From Eledone cirrhosa (lineage: Eukaryota): a DNA stretch of 64,000 nucleotides. Numbering within the stretch: position 1 is the stretch's first letter; each line of letters opens with the position of its first letter. The stretch is from the NCBI GenBank assembly GCA_964016885.1, contig OZ024742.1, positions 30,690,001 through 30,754,000 of the forward strand, given 5' to 3'. Below, one piece after another: positions 1 to 13,400 of this stretch. A program made the translations under genes and the position numbers. The notes under the pieces are model-generated. The model worked only from the letters and a program-made list of their open reading frames with translations, searched no databases and had not been told where the DNA came from.

Positions 1-234
1 CAGTCCTAAGTTGGTGTGTTCTCTCTCAGTCCTAACTTGGTGTGGTCTCTCTCATTGCTTACTTGGTGTAGTCTCTCTCAGTCCTAACTTGGTGTAGTCT
101 CTTTCAGTCCTAAGTTCGTGTGGTCTCCCTCAGTCCTAAGTTGGTGTGATCTCTCTCAGTCCTAAGTTGGTGTGGTCTATCTCAGTCCTAAGTTGGTGTG
201 TTCTCTCTCAGTCCTAACTTGGTGTGGTCTCTCT

Positions 235-755
235 CAGTCCTAACTTAGTGTAGTCTCTCTCAGTCCTAAGTTGGTGTGGTCTCTCTCAGTCCTAAGTTGG
301 TGTAGTCTCTCTCAGTCCGAACTTGGTGTGGTCTCTCTCAGTCCTAAGTTGGTGTGGTCTCTCTCATTCCTAACTTGGTGTAGTCTCTTTCAGTCCTAAG
401 TTGGTGTAGTCTCTCTCAGTCCTAAGTTGGTGTGGTCTCTCTCAGTCCTAACTTGGTGTGGTCTCTCTCAGCCCTAACTTGGTGTGGTCTCTCTCAGTCC
501 TAACTTAGTGTAGTCTCTCTCAGTCCTAAGTTGGTGTGGTCTCTCTCAGTCCTAAGTTGGTGTAGTCTCTCTCAGTCGAACTTGGTGTGGTCTCTCTCAG
601 TCCTAAGTTGGTGTGGTCTCTCTCATTCCTAACTTGGTGTAGTCTCTTTCAGTCCTAAGTTGGTGTAGTCTCTCTCAGTCCTATGTTGGTGTGGTCTCTC
701 TCAGTCCTAACTTGGTGTGGTCTCTCTCAGCCCTAACTTGGTGTGGTCTCTCTCA
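235..755 (+). repeat. Local 10-monomer (about 260 bp) tandem duplication
   Basis: Marker TAACTTAGTG at 241 and 501. The variant series CCGAAC / CATTCC / TCTTTCAG / CAGCCC repeats; the second copy has a 1-bp deletion (GTCGAAC near 575). Confidence 0.75.
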
Positions 756-799
756 GTCCTAACTTGGTCTGGTCACTCTCAGTCTTAAGTTGGTGTGGT

Positions 800-3700
800 C
801 TCTCTCAGTCCTAACTTGGTGTGGTCTCTCTCAGTCCTTACTTGGTGTAGTCACTCTCAGTCCTAACTTGGTGTAGTCTCTCTCAGTCCTAAGTTGGTGT
901 GGTCTATCTCAGTCCTAAGTTGGTGTGGTCTCTCTCAGTCCTAAGTTGGTGTAGTCTCTCTCAGTCCTAACTTGGTGTAGTCTCTCTCAGTCCTAAGTTG
1001 GTGTGGTCTCTCTCAGTCCTAAGTTGGTGTGGTCTCTCTCATTCCGAACTTGGTGTGGTCTCTCTCAGTCCAAACTTGTTGTGGTCTCTCTCAGTCCTAA
1101 GTTCGTGCTGTCTCTCTCTCAGTCCTAACTTGGTGTGGTCTCTCTCAGTCTTAACTTGGTGTAGTCTCTCAGTCCATACTTGGTGTAGACTCTATCAGTC
1201 CTAACTTGGTGTGGTCTCCCTCAGTCCTAAGTTGGTGTGGTCTCTCTCAGTCCTAACTTGGTGTGGTCTCTCTCAGTCCTAACTTGGTGTGGTCTCTCTC
1301 AGTCCTAACTTGGTGTGGTCTCTCTCAGTCCTTACTTGGTGTAGTAACTCTCAGTCCTAAGTTGGTGTGGTCTCTCTCAGTCCTTACTTGGTGTAGTCTC
1401 CCTCAGTCTTAACTTGGTGTGGTCTCCCTCAGTCCTAAGTTGGTGTGGTCTCTCTCAGTCCTAAGTTGGTGTGGTCTATCTCACTCCTAAGCTCGTGTGG
1501 TCTCCCTCAGTCCTAAGTTTGTGTGGTCTCTCTCAGTCCTAAGTTGGTGTGGTCTATCTCAGTCCTAAGTTGGTGTATTCTCTCTCAGTCCTAACTTGGT
1601 GTAGTCTCTCTCAGTCGTAACTTGGTGTAGTCTCCCTCAGTCCTAAGTTGGTGTGGTCTCTCTCAGTCCTAACTTGGTGTGGTCTCTCTCAGCCCTAACT
1701 TGGTGTGGTCTCTCTCAGTCCTAACTTAGTGTAGTCTATCTCAGTCCTAAGTTGGTGTGGTCTCTCTCAGTCCTAAGTTGGTGTAGTCTCTCTCAGTCCG
1801 AACTTGGTGTGGTCTCTCTCAGTCCTAAGTCGGTGTGGTCTCTCTCATTCCTAACTTGGTGTAGTCTCTTTCAGTCCTAAGTTGGTGTGTTCTCTCTCAG
1901 TCCTAACTTGGTGTGGTCTCTCTCATTCCTTACTTGGTGTATTCTCTCTCAGTCCTAACTTGGTGTAGTCTCTCTCAGTCCTAAGTTGGTGTGGTGTCTC
2001 TCAGTCCTAACTTGGTGTAGTCTCTCTCAGTCCTAAGTTGTTGTCGTCTCTCTCAGGCCTAACTAGGTGTAGTCTCTCTCAGTCGTAAGTTGGTGTGGTC
2101 TCTCTCAGTCCTAAGTTGGTGTAGTCTCTCTCAGTCTGAACTTGGTGTGGTCTCTCTCAGTCCTAACTTGTTGTGGTCTCTCTCAGTCCTAAGTTTGTGC
2201 TGTCTCTCTCTCAGTTCTAACTTGGTGTGGTCTCTCTCAGTCCTAACTTGGTGTGGTCTCTCTGAGCCCTAACTTGGTGTAGTCTCACTCAGTCCTAAGT
2301 TGGTGTGGTCTCTCTCAGTCCTAACTTGGTGTAGTCTCTCTCAGTCGTAGCTTGGTGTGGTCTCTCTAAGTCCTAACTTGGTGAAGTCTCTCTCAGTCCT
2401 AACATGGTGTAGTCTCTCTCAGTCCTAACATGGTGTAGTCTCTCTCAGTCCTAAGTTGCTGTAGTCTCTCTCAGTCCTAAGTTGGTGTGGTCTCTCTCAG
2501 TCCTAACTTGGTGTGGTCTCTCTCAGTCCTAAGTTGGTGTGGTCTCTCTCAGTCCTAACTTGGTGTGATCTCTCTCAGTCCTTACTTGGTGTAGTCACTC
2601 TCAGTCCTAACTTGGTGTAGTCTCTCTCAGTCCTAAGTTGGTGTGGTCTATCTCAGTCCTAAGTTGGTGTGGTCTCTCTCAGTCCTAAGTTGGTGTGGTC
2701 TCTCTCAGTCCTAACTTGGTGTAGTCTCTCTCAGTCCTAAGTTTGTGTCGTCTCTCTCAGTCCTAACTAGGTGTAGTCTCTCTCAGTCCTAAGTTGGTGT
2801 GGTCTCTCTCAGTCCTAAGTTGGTGTGGTCTCTCTCAGTCCGAACTTGGTGTGGTCTCTCTCAGTCCAAACTTGTTGTGGTCTCTCTCAGTCCTAAGTTC
2901 GTGCTGTCTCTCTCTCACTCCTATCTTGGTGTGGTCTCTCTCAGTCCTAACTTGGTGTAGTCTCTCTCAGTCCTAAAATGGTGTAGTCTCTCTCAGTCTT
3001 AACTTAGTGTAGTCTCTCAGTCCATACTTGGTGTAGACTCTATCAGTCCTAACTTGGTGTGGTCTCCCTCAGTCCTAAGTTGGTGTGGTCTCTCTCAGTC
3101 CTAACTTGGTGTGGTCTCTCTCAGTCCTAACTTGGTGTGGTCTCTCTCAGTCCTAACTTGGTGTGGTCTCTCTCAGTCCTTACTTGGTGTAGTAACTCTC
3201 AGTCCTAGGTTGGTGTGGTCTCTCTCAGTCCTTACTTGGTGTAGTCTCCCTCAGTCTTAACTTGGTGTGTTCTCCCTCAGTCCTAAGTTGGTGTGGTCTA
3301 TCTCAGTCCTAAGTTGGTGTGGTCTATCTCACTCCTAAGTTCGTGTCGTCGCCCTCAGTCCTAAGTTTGTGTGGTCTCTCTCAGTCCTAAGTTGGTGTGG
3401 TCTATCTCAGTCCTAAGTTGGTGTGTTCTCTCTCAGTCCTAACTTGGTGTGGTCTCTCTCAGTCGTAACTTGGTGTAGTCTCCCTCAGTCCTAAGTTGGT
3501 GTGGTCTCTCTCAGTCCTAACTTGGTGTGGTCTCTCTCAGCCCTAACTTGGTGTGGTCTCTCTCAGTCCTAACTTAGTGTAGTCTCTCTCAGTCCTAAGT
3601 TGGTGTGGTCTCTCTCAGTCCGAACTTGGTGTGGTCTCTCTCAGTCCTAAGTTGGTGTGGTCTCTCTCATTCCTAACTTGGTGTAGTCTCTTTCAGTCCT

Positions 3701-5500
3701 AAGTTGGTGTGTTCTCTCTCAGTCCTAACTTGGTGTGGTCTCTCTCATTCCTTACTTGGTGTATTCTCTCTCAGTCCTAACTTGGTGTAGTCTCTCTCAG
3801 TCCTAAGTTGGTGTGGTGTCTCTCAGTCCTAACTTGGTGTAGTCTCTCTCAGTCCTAAGTTGGTGTCGTCTCTCTCAGGCCTAACTAGGTGTAGTCTCTC
3901 TCAGTCCTAAGTTGGTGTGGTCTCTCTCAGTCTTAAGTTGGTGTAGTCTCTCTCAGTCTGAACTTGGTGTGGTCTCTCTCAGTCCTAACTTGTTGTGGTC
4001 TCTCTCAGTCCTAAGTTTGTGCTGTCTCTCTCTCAGTTCTAACTTGGTGTGGTCTCTCTCAGTCCTAACTTGGTGTAGTCTCTCTCAGTCGTAACTTGGT
4101 GTGGTCTCTCTCAGCCCTAACTTGGTGTAGTCTCACTTAGTCCTAAGTTGGTGTGGTCTCTCTCAGTCCTAACTTGGTGTAGTCTCTCTCAGTCGTAAGT
4201 TGGTGTGGTCTCTCTAAGTCCTAACTTGGTGAAGTCTCTCTCAGTCCTAACATGGTGTAGTCTCTCTCAGTCCTAACATGGTGTAGTCTCTCTCAGTCCT
4301 AAGTTGGTGTAGTCTCTCTCAGTCCTAAGTTGGTGTGGTCCCTCTCAGTCCTAACTTGGTGCGGTCTCTCTCAGTCCTAACTTGGTGTAGTCTCTCTCAG
4401 TCCTAACTTAGTGTAGTCTCACTCAGTCCTAAGTTGGTGGGGTCTCTCTCAGTCCTAAGGTGGTGTGGTCTCTCTCAGTCCTAACTTGGTGTGGTCACTC
4501 TCAGTCCAAAGTTGGTGTGGTCTCTCTCAGTCCTAACTTGGTGTGGTCTCTCTCAGTCCTTAGTTGGTGTAGTCACTCTCAGTCCTAACTTGGTGTCGTC
4601 TCTCTCAGTCCTAACTAGGTGTAGTCTCTCTCAGTCCTAAGTTGGTGTGGTCTCTCTCAGTCCTAAGTTGGTGTGGTCTCTCTCAGTCCGAACTTGGTGT
4701 GGTCTCTCTCAGTCCTAACTTGTTGTGCTCTCTCTCAGTCCTAAGTTCGTGCTGTCTCTCTCTCAGTCCTAACTTGGTGTGGTCTCTCTCAGTCCTAACT
4801 TGGTGTAGTCTCTCTCAGTCCTAACATGGTGTAGTCTCTCTCAGTCTTAACTTGGTGTAGTCCCTCAGTCCATACTTGGTGTAGTCTCTATCAGTCCTAA
4901 CTTGGTGTGGTCTCCCTCAGTCGTAAGTTGGTGTGGTCTCTCTCAGTCCTAACTTGGTGTGGTCTCTCTCAGTCCTAACTTGGTGTGGTCTCTCTCAGTC
5001 CTAACTTGGTGTGGTCTCTCTTAGTCCTTACTTGGTGTAGTAACTCTCAGTCCTAAGTTGGTGTGGTCTCTCTCAGTCCTTACTTGGTGTAGTCTCCCTC
5101 AGTCTTAACTTGGTGTGGTCTCGCTCAGTCCTAAGTTGGTGTGGTCTCTCTCAGTCCTAAGTTGGCGTGGTCTATCTCACTCCTAAGTTGGTGTGGTCTC
5201 TCTCAGTCCTAAGTTGGTATGGTGTCTCTCAGTCCTAACTTGGTGTAGTCTCTCTCAGTCCTAAGTTGGTGTCGTCTCTCTCAGGCCTAACTAGGTGTAG
5301 TCTCTCTCAGTCCTAAGTTGGTGTGGTCTCTCTCAGTCCTAAGTTGGTGTAGTCTCTCTCAGTCCGAACTTGGTGTCGTCTCTCTCAGTTCTAACTTGTT
5401 GTGGTCTCTCTCAGTCCTAAGTTTGTGCTTTCTCTCTCTCAGTTCTAACTTGGTGTGGTCTCTCTCAGTCCTAACTTGGTGTAGTCTCTCTACGTCCTAA
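800..5500 (+). repeat. Diverged higher-order repeat of about 1.8 kb (about 70 monomers), 2-2.5 copies
   Basis: GTATTCTCTC at 1939 and 3761 (offset 1822). Pseudo-ORF starts 2090/3912 (offset 1822) and 998/2794/4642 (offsets 1796, 1848). Shared 24-bp monomer before CAGTCCATAC near 1146, 2994 and 4842. Confidence 0.7.
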
Positions 5501-5599
5501 CTTGGTGTGGTCTCTCTCAGTCGTAACTTGGTGTGGTCTCTCTCTCAGCCCTAACTTGGTGTAGTCTCACTCAGTCCTAAGTTGGTGTGGTCTCTCTCA

Positions 5600-8500
5600 G
5601 TCCTAACTTGGTGTAGTCTCTCTCAGTCGTAACTTGGTGTGGTCTCTCTAAGTCCTAACTTGGTGAAGTCTCTCTCAGTCCTAACATGGTGTAGTCTCTC
5701 TGAGTCGTAACTTGGTGTAGTCTCTCTCAGTCGTAACTTGGTGTAGTCTCTCTCAGTCGTAACTTCGTGTAGTCTCTCTCAGTCCTAAGTTGGTGTGGTC
5801 TCTCTCTGTCCTAAGTTGGTGTGGTCTCTCTCAGTCCTAAGTTGGTGTGGTCTCTCTCAACCCTAACTTGGTGTAGTCTCTCTCAGTCCTAACCTGTTGT
5901 GGTCTCTCTCAGTCCTAACTTGGTGTAGTCTCTCTCAGTCCTAACTTGGTGTAGTCTCTCTCAGTCCTAACTTGGTGTAGTCTCTCTCAGTCCTAAGTTC
6001 GTGTGGTCTCTCTCAGTCCTAACTTGGTGTGGTCTCTCTTAGTCCTAACTTAGTGTAGTCTCTATCAGTCCTAAGTTGGTGTGCTCTCTCTCAGTCCTAA
6101 CTTGGTGTTGTCTCTCTCAGTCCTAAGTTGGTGTGGTCTCTCTCAGTCCTAGCTAGGTGTAGTCTCTCTCAGACCTAACTTGGTGTGGTCTCTCTCAGTC
6201 CTAAGTTGGTGTAGTCTCTCTCTTTCCGAACTTGGTGTGGTCTCTCTCAGTCCTAACTTGTTGTGGTCTCTCTCAGTCCTAAGTTCGTGCAGTCTCTCTC
6301 TCAGTCCTAACTTGGTGTGGTCTCTCTCAGTCCTAACTTGGCTTAGTCTCTCTACGTCCTAACTTGGTGTGGTCTCTCTCAGTCCTAACTTGGTGTGGTC
6401 TCTCTCAGTCCTATCTTGGTGTAGTCTCTCTCAGTCCTAACTTGGTGTAGTCTCTCTCAGTCGTAACTTGGTGTGGTCTCTCTAACTCCTAACTTGGTGT
6501 AGTCTCTCTCAGTCCTAACATGGTGTAGTCTCTCTCAGTCCTAAGTTGGTGTGGTCTCTCTCAGTCCTTACTTGGTGTAGTCTCTCTCAGTCCTAACTTG
6601 GTGTGGTCTCCCTCAGTCCTAAGATGGTGTGGTCTCTCTCAGTCCTAAGATGGTGTGGTCTCTCTCAGTCCTAAGTTGGTGTGGTGTATCTCACTCCTAA
6701 GTTGGTTTGGTCTCTCTCAGTCCTAAGTTGGTGTGGTCTCTCTCATTCCTAACTTGGTGTGGTCTCTCTCAGCCCTAACTTGGTGTGGTCTCTCTCAGTC
6801 CTAATTTAGTGTAGTCTCTCTCAGTCCTAAGTTGGTGTAGTCTCTCTCAGTCCTAAGTTGGTGTGGTCTCTCTCAGTCCTAACTTGGTGTGGTCTCTCTC
6901 AGTCCTAACTTGGTGTAGTCTCTCTCAGTCCTAAGTTGGTGTGGTATCTCTCAGTCCTAACTTGGTGTGGTCTCTCTCAGTCCTAACTTGGTGTAGTCTC
7001 TCTCAGTCCTAAGTTGGTGTGGTCTCTCTCAGTCCTAAGGTGGTGTGGTCTCTCTCAGTCCTAACTTGGTGTGGTCACTCTCAGTCCTAAGTTGGTGTGG
7101 TCTCTCTCAGTCCTAACTTGGTGTGGTTTCTCTCAGTCCTTACTTGGTGTAGTCACTCTCAGTCCTAACTTGGTGTAGTTTCTCTCAGTCCTAAGTTGGT
7201 GTGGTCTCTCTCAGTCCTAACTTGGTGTAGTCTCTCTCAATCCTAAGTTGGTGTGGTCCCTCTCAGTCCTAAGTCGGTGTGGTCTCTCTCAGTCCTAACT
7301 TGGTGTAGTCTCTCTCAGTCCTAAGTTGGTGTGGTCTCTCTCAGTCCTAAGTTGGCGTGGTCTCTCTTAGTCCGAACTTGGTGTGGTCTCTCTCAGTCCT
7401 AACTTGTTGTTGTCTCTCTCAGTCCTAAGTTCGTGCTGTCTCTCTCTCAGTCCTAACTTGGTGTGGTCTCTCTCAGTCCTAACTTGGTGTAGTCTCTCTC
7501 AGTCCTAACATGGTGTAGTCTCTCTCAGTCTTAACTTGGTGTAGTCTCTCTCAGTCCATACTTGGTGTAGTCTCTATCAGTCCTAACATGGTGTGGTCTC
7601 CCTCAGTCCTAAGTTGGTGTGGTCTCTCTCAGTCCTAACTTGATGTGGTCTCTCTCAGTCCTAACTTGGTGTGGTCTCTCTCAGTCCTAACTTGGTGTGG
7701 TCTCTCTCAGTCCTTACTTGGTGTAGTAACTCTCAGTCCTAAGTTGGTGTGGTCTCTCTCAGTCCTTACTTGGTGTAGTCTCCCTCAGTCTTAACTTGGT
7801 GTGGTCTCCCTCAGTCCTAAGTTGGTGTGGTCTCTCTCAGTCCTAAGTTGGTGTGGTCTATCTCACTCCTAAGTTGGTGTGGTCTCTCTCATTCCTAACT
7901 TGGTGTAGTCTCTTTCAGTCCTAAGTTGGTGTGTTCTCTCTCAGTCCTAACTTGGTGTGGTCTCTCTCAGTCCTTACTTGGTGTAGTCACTCTCAGTCCT
8001 AACTTCGTGTAGTCTCTCTCAGTCCTAAGTTGGTGTGGTCTCTCTCAGTCCTAACTTGGTGTAGTCTCTCTCAATCCTAAGTTGGTGTGGTCCCTCTCAG
8101 TCCTAAGTTGGTGTGGTCTCTCTCAGTCCTAACTTGGTGTAGTCTCTCTCAGTCCTAAGTTGGTGTCGTCTCTCTCAGTCCTAACTAGGTGTAGTCTCTC
8201 TCGGTCCTAAGTTGGTGTGGTCTCTCTCAGTCCTAAGTTGGCGTGGTCTCTCTCAGTCCGAACTTGGTGTGGTCTCTCTCAGTCCTAACTTGTTGTGGTC
8301 TCTCTCAGTCCTAAGTTCGTGCTGTCTCTCTCTCAGTCCTAACTTGGTTTGGTCTCTCTCAGTCCTAACTTGGTGTAGTCTCTCTCAGTCCTAACATGGT
8401 GTAGTCTCTCTCAGTCTTAACTTGGTGTAGTCTCTCTCAGTCCATACTTGGTGTAGTCTCTATCAGTCCTAACTTGGTGTGCTCACCCTCAGTCCTAAGT

Positions 8501-11500
8501 TGGTGTGGTCTCTCTCAGTCCTAACTTGGTGTGGTCTCTCTCAGTCCTAACTTGGTGTGGTCTCTCTCAGTCCTAACTTGGTGTGGTCTCTCTCAGTCCT
8601 AACTTGGTGTAGTCTCTCTCAGTCGTAACTTGGTGTGGTCTCTCTAACTCCTAACTTGGTGTAGTCTCTCTCAGTCCTAGCATGGTGTAGTCTCTCTCAG
8701 TCCTAAGTTGGTGTGGTCTCTCTCAGTCCTTACTTGGTGTAGTCTCTCTCAGTCCTAACTTGGTGTGGTCTCCCTCAGTCCTAAGTTGGTGTGGTCTCTC
8801 TCAGTCCTAAGTTGGTGTGGTCTATCTCACTCCTAAGTTGGTGTGGTCTCTCTCAGTCCTAAGTTGGTGTGGTCTCTCTCATTCCTAACTTGGTGTGGTC
8901 TCTCTCAGCCCTAACTTGGTGTGGTCTCTCTCAGTCCTAATTTAGTGTAGTCTCTCTCAGTCCTAAGTTGGTGTAGTCTCTCTCAGTCCTAAGTTGGTGT
9001 GGTCTCTCTCAGTCCTAACATGGTGTAGTCTCTCTCAGTCTTAACTTGGTGTAGTCTCTCTCAGTCCTTACTTGGTGTAGTCTCTATCAGTCCTAACTTG
9101 GTGTGGTCTCCCTCAGTCCTAAGTTGGTGTGGTCTCTCTCAGTCCTAACTTGGTGTGGTCTCTCTCAGTCCTAACTTGGTGTGGTCTCTCTCAGTCCTAA
9201 CTTTGTGTGGTCTCTCTCAGTCCTTACTTGGTGTAGTAACTCTCAGTCCTAAGTTGGTGTGGTCTCTCTCAGTCCTTACTTGGTGTAGTCTCCCTCAGTC
9301 TTAACTTGGTGTGGTCTCCCTCAGTCCTACGTTGGTGTGGTCTTTCTCAGTCCTAAGTTGGTGTGGTGTATCTCACTCCTAAGTTGGTGTGGTCTCTCTC
9401 AGTCCTAAGTTGGTGTGGTCTCTCTCATTCCTAACTTGGTGTAGTCTCTTTCAGTCCTAAGTTGGTGTGTTCTCTCTCAGTCCTAACTTGGTGTAGTCTC
9501 TCTCAGTCGTAACTTGGAGTGGTCTCTCTAAGTCCTAACTTGGTGAAGTCTCTCTCAGTCCTAACATGGTGTAGTCTCTCTCAGTCGTAACTTGGTGTAG
9601 TCTCTCTCAGTCGTAACTTCGTGTAGTCTCTCTCAGTCCTAAGTTGGTGTGGTCTCTCTCAGTCCTAAGTTGGTGTGGTCTCTCTCAGTCCTAAATTGGT
9701 GTAGTCACTCTCAACCCTAACTTGGTGTAGTCTCTCTCAGTCCTAACCTGTTGTGGTCTCTCTCAGTCCTAACTTGGTGTAGTCTCTCTCAGTCCTAACT
9801 TGGTGTGGTCTCTCTCAGTCCTAACTTGGTGTAGTCTCTCTCAGTCCTAAGTTCGTGTGGTCTCTCTCAGTCCTAACTTGGTGTGGTCTCTCTTAGTCCT
9901 AACTTAGTGTAGTCTCTCTCAGTCCTAAGTTGGTGTGCTCTCTCTCAGTCCTAACTTGGTGTTGTCTCTCTCAGTCCTAAGTTGGTGTGGTCTCTCTCAG
10001 TCCTAACTAGGTGTAGTCTCTCTCAGTCCTAACTTGGTGTGGTCTCTCTCAGTCCTAAGTTGGTGTAGTCTCTCTCTTTCCGAACTTGGTGTGGTCTCTC
10101 TCAGTCCTAACTTGTTGTGGTCTCTCTCAGTCCTAAGTTCGTGCAGTCTCTCTCTCAGTCCTAACTTGGTGTGGTCTCTCTCAGTCCTAACTTGGCTTAG
10201 TCTCTCTACGTCCTAACTTGGTGTGGTCTCTCTCAGTCCTCACTTGGTGTGGTCTCTCTCAGTCCTAACTTGGTGTAGTCTCTCTCAGTCCTAACTTGGT
10301 GTAGTCTCTCTCAGTCGTAACTTGGTGTGGTCTCTCTAACTCCTAACTTGGTGTAGTCTCTCTCAGTCCTAACATGGTGTAGTCTCTCTCAGTCCTAACT
10401 TGGTGTGGTCTCTCTCAGTCCTAACTTAGTGTAGTCTCTCTCAGTCCTAAGTTGGTGTTGTCTCTCTCAGTCCTTACTTGGTGTAGTCTCTCTCAGTCCT
10501 AACTTGGTGTGGTCTCCCTCAGACCTAAGTTGGTGTGGTCTCTCTCAGTCCTAAGTTGGTGTGGTCTATCTCACTCCTAAGTTGGTTTGATCTCTCTCAG
10601 TCCTAAGTTGGTGTGGTCTCTCTCATTCCTAACTTGGTGTGGTCTCTCTCAGCCCTAACTTGGTGTGGTCTCTCTCAGTCCTAATTTAGTGTAGTCTCTC
10701 TCAGTCCTAAGTTGGTGTAGTCTCTCTCAGTCCTAAGTTGGTGTGGTCTCTCTCAGTCCTAACTTGGTGTGGTCTCTCTCAGTCCTAACTTGGTGTAGTC
10801 TCTCTCAGTCCTAAGTTGGTGTGGTCTCTCTCAGTCATAACTTGGTGTGGTCTCTCTCAGTCCTAACTTAGTGTAGTCTCTCTCAGTCCTAAGTTGGTGA
10901 GGTCTCTCTCAGTCCTAAGGTGGTGTGGTCTCTTTCAGTCCTAACTTGGTGTGGTCACTCTCAGTCCTAAGTTGGTGTGGTCTCTCTCAGTCCTAACTTG
11001 GTGTGGTCTCTCTCAGTCCTTACTTGGTGTAGTCACTCTCAGTCCTAACTTGGTGTAGTCTCTCTCAGTCCTAAGTTGGTGTGGTCTCTCTCAGTCCTAA
11101 CTTGGTGTAGTCTCTCTCAATCCTAAGTTGGTGTGGTCCCTCTCAGTCCTAAGTTGGTGTGGTCTCTCTCAGTCCTAACTTGGTGTAGTCTCTCTCAGTC
11201 CTAAGTTGGTGTCGTCTCTCTCAGTCCTAACTAGGTGTAGTCTCTCTCAGTCCTAAGTTGGTGTGGTCTCTCTCAGTCCTAAGTTGGCGTGGTCTCTCTC
11301 AGTCCGAACTTGGTGTGGTCTCTCTCAGTCCTTACTTGTTGTGGTCTCTCTCAGTCCTAAGTTCGTGCTGTCTCTCTCTCAGTCCTAACTTGGTGTGGTC
11401 TCTCTCAGTCCTAACTTGGTGTAGTCTCTCTCAGTCCTAACATGGTGTAGTCTCTCTCAGTCTTAACTTGGTGTAGTCTCTCTCAGTCCATACTTGGTGT

Positions 11501-13400
11501 AGTCTCTATCAGTCCTAACTTGGTGTGGTCTCCCTCAGTCCTAAGTTGGTGTGGTCTCTCTCAGTCCTAACTTGGTGTGGTCTCTCTCAGTCCTAACTTG
11601 GTGTGGTCTCTCTCAGTCCTAACTTGGTGTGGTCTCTCTCAGTCCTTACTTGGTGTAGTAACTCTCAGTCCTAAGTTGGTGTGGTCTCTCTCAGTCCTTA
11701 CTTGGTGTAGTCTCCCTCAGTCTTAACTTGGTGTGGTCTCCCTCAGTCCTAAGTTGGTGTGGTCTATCTCACTCCTAAGTTGGTGTGGTCTCTCTCAGTC
11801 CTAAGTTGGTGTGGTCTCTCTCATTCCTAACTTGGTGTAGTCTCTTTCAGTCCTAAGTTGGTGTGTTCTCTCTCAGTCCTAACTTGGTGTGGTCTCTCTC
11901 AGTCCTTACTTGGTGTAGTCACTCTCAGTCCTAACTTCGTGTAGTCTCTCTCAGTCCTAAGTTGGTGTGGTCTCTCTCAGTCCTAACTTGGTGTAGTCTC
12001 TCTCAATCCTAAGTTGGTGTGGTCCCTCTCAGTCCTAAGTTGGTGTGGTCTCTCTCAGTCCTAACTTGGTGTAGTCTCTCTCAGTCCTAAGTTGGTGTCG
12101 TCTCTCTCAGTCCTAACTAGGTGTAGTCTCTCTCGGTCCTAAGTTGGTGTGGTCTCTCTCAGTCCTAAGTTGGTGTGGTCTCTCTCAGTCCTAACTTGGT
12201 GTGGTCTCTCTCAGTCCTAACTTGGTGTAGTCTCTCTCAGTCCTAACATGGTGTAGTCTCTCTCAGTCTTAACTTGGTGTAGTCTCTCTCAGTCCATACT
12301 TGGTGTAGTCTCTATCAGTCCTAACTTGGTGTGCTCTCCCTCAGTCCTAAGTTGGTGTGGTCTCTCTCAGTCCTAACTTGGTGTGGTCTCTCTCAGTCCT
12401 AACTTGGTGTGGTCTCTCTCTGTCCTAACTTGGTGTGGTCTCTCTCAGTCCTTACTTGGTGTAGTAACTCTCAGTCCTAAGTTGGTGTGGTCTCTCTCAG
12501 TCCTAAGTTGGTGTAGTCTCTCTCTTTCCAAACTTGGTGTGGTCTCTCTCAGTCCTAACTTGTTGTGGTCTCTCTCAGTCCTAACTTGGTGTAGTCTCTC
12601 TCAGTCCTAACTTGGTGTAGTCTCTCTCAGTCCTAACATGGTGTAGTCTCTCTCAGTCCTAACTTGGTGTGGTCTCTCTCAACCCTAACTTGGTGTGGTC
12701 TCTCTCAGTCCTAACTTAGTGTAGTCTCTCTCAGTCCTAAGTTGGTGTGGTCTCTCTCAGTCCTTACTTGGTGTAGTCTCTCTCAGTCCTAACTTGGTGT
12801 GGTCTCCCTCAGTCCTAAGTTGGTGTGGTCTCTCTCAGTCCTAAGTTGGTGTGGTCTATCTCACTCCTAAGTTGGTGTGGTCTCTCTAAGTTCTAAGTTG
12901 GTGTGGTCTCTCTCATTCCTAACTTGGTGTGGTCTCTCTCAGCCCTAACTTGGTGTGGTCTCTCTCAGTCCTAATTTAGTGTAGTCTCTCTCAGTCCAAA
13001 GTTGGTGTAGTCTCTCTCAGTCCTAAGTTGGTGTGGTCTCTCTCAGTCCTAACTTGGTGTGGTCTCTCTCAGTCCTAACTTGGTGTAGTCTCTCTCAGTC
13101 CTAAGTTGGTGTGGTCTCTTTCAGTCCTAACTTGGTGTGGTCTCTCTCAGCCCTAACTTGGTGTGGTCTCTCTCAGTCCTAACTTAGTGTAGTCTCTCTC
13201 AGTCCTAAGTTGGTGTGGTCTCTCTCAGTCCTAAGGTGGTGTGGTCTCTCTCAGTCCTAACTTGGTGTGGTCACTCTCAGTCCTAAGTTGGTGTGGTCTC
13301 TCTCAGTCCTAACTTGGTGTGATCTCTCTCATTCCTTACTTGGTGTAGTCACTCTCAGTCCTAACTTGGTGTAGTCTCTCTCAGTCCTAAGTTGGTGTGG
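5600..13400 (+). repeat. Imperfect tandem duplication of about 3.9 kb
   Basis: Rare markers AACCTGTTGT at 5891/9745 and GGCTTAG at 6340/10194, plus pseudo-ORFs 6180/10034 (all offset 3854). TCGGTCCTAA at 8201/12133 (offset 3932). Confidence 0.7.
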
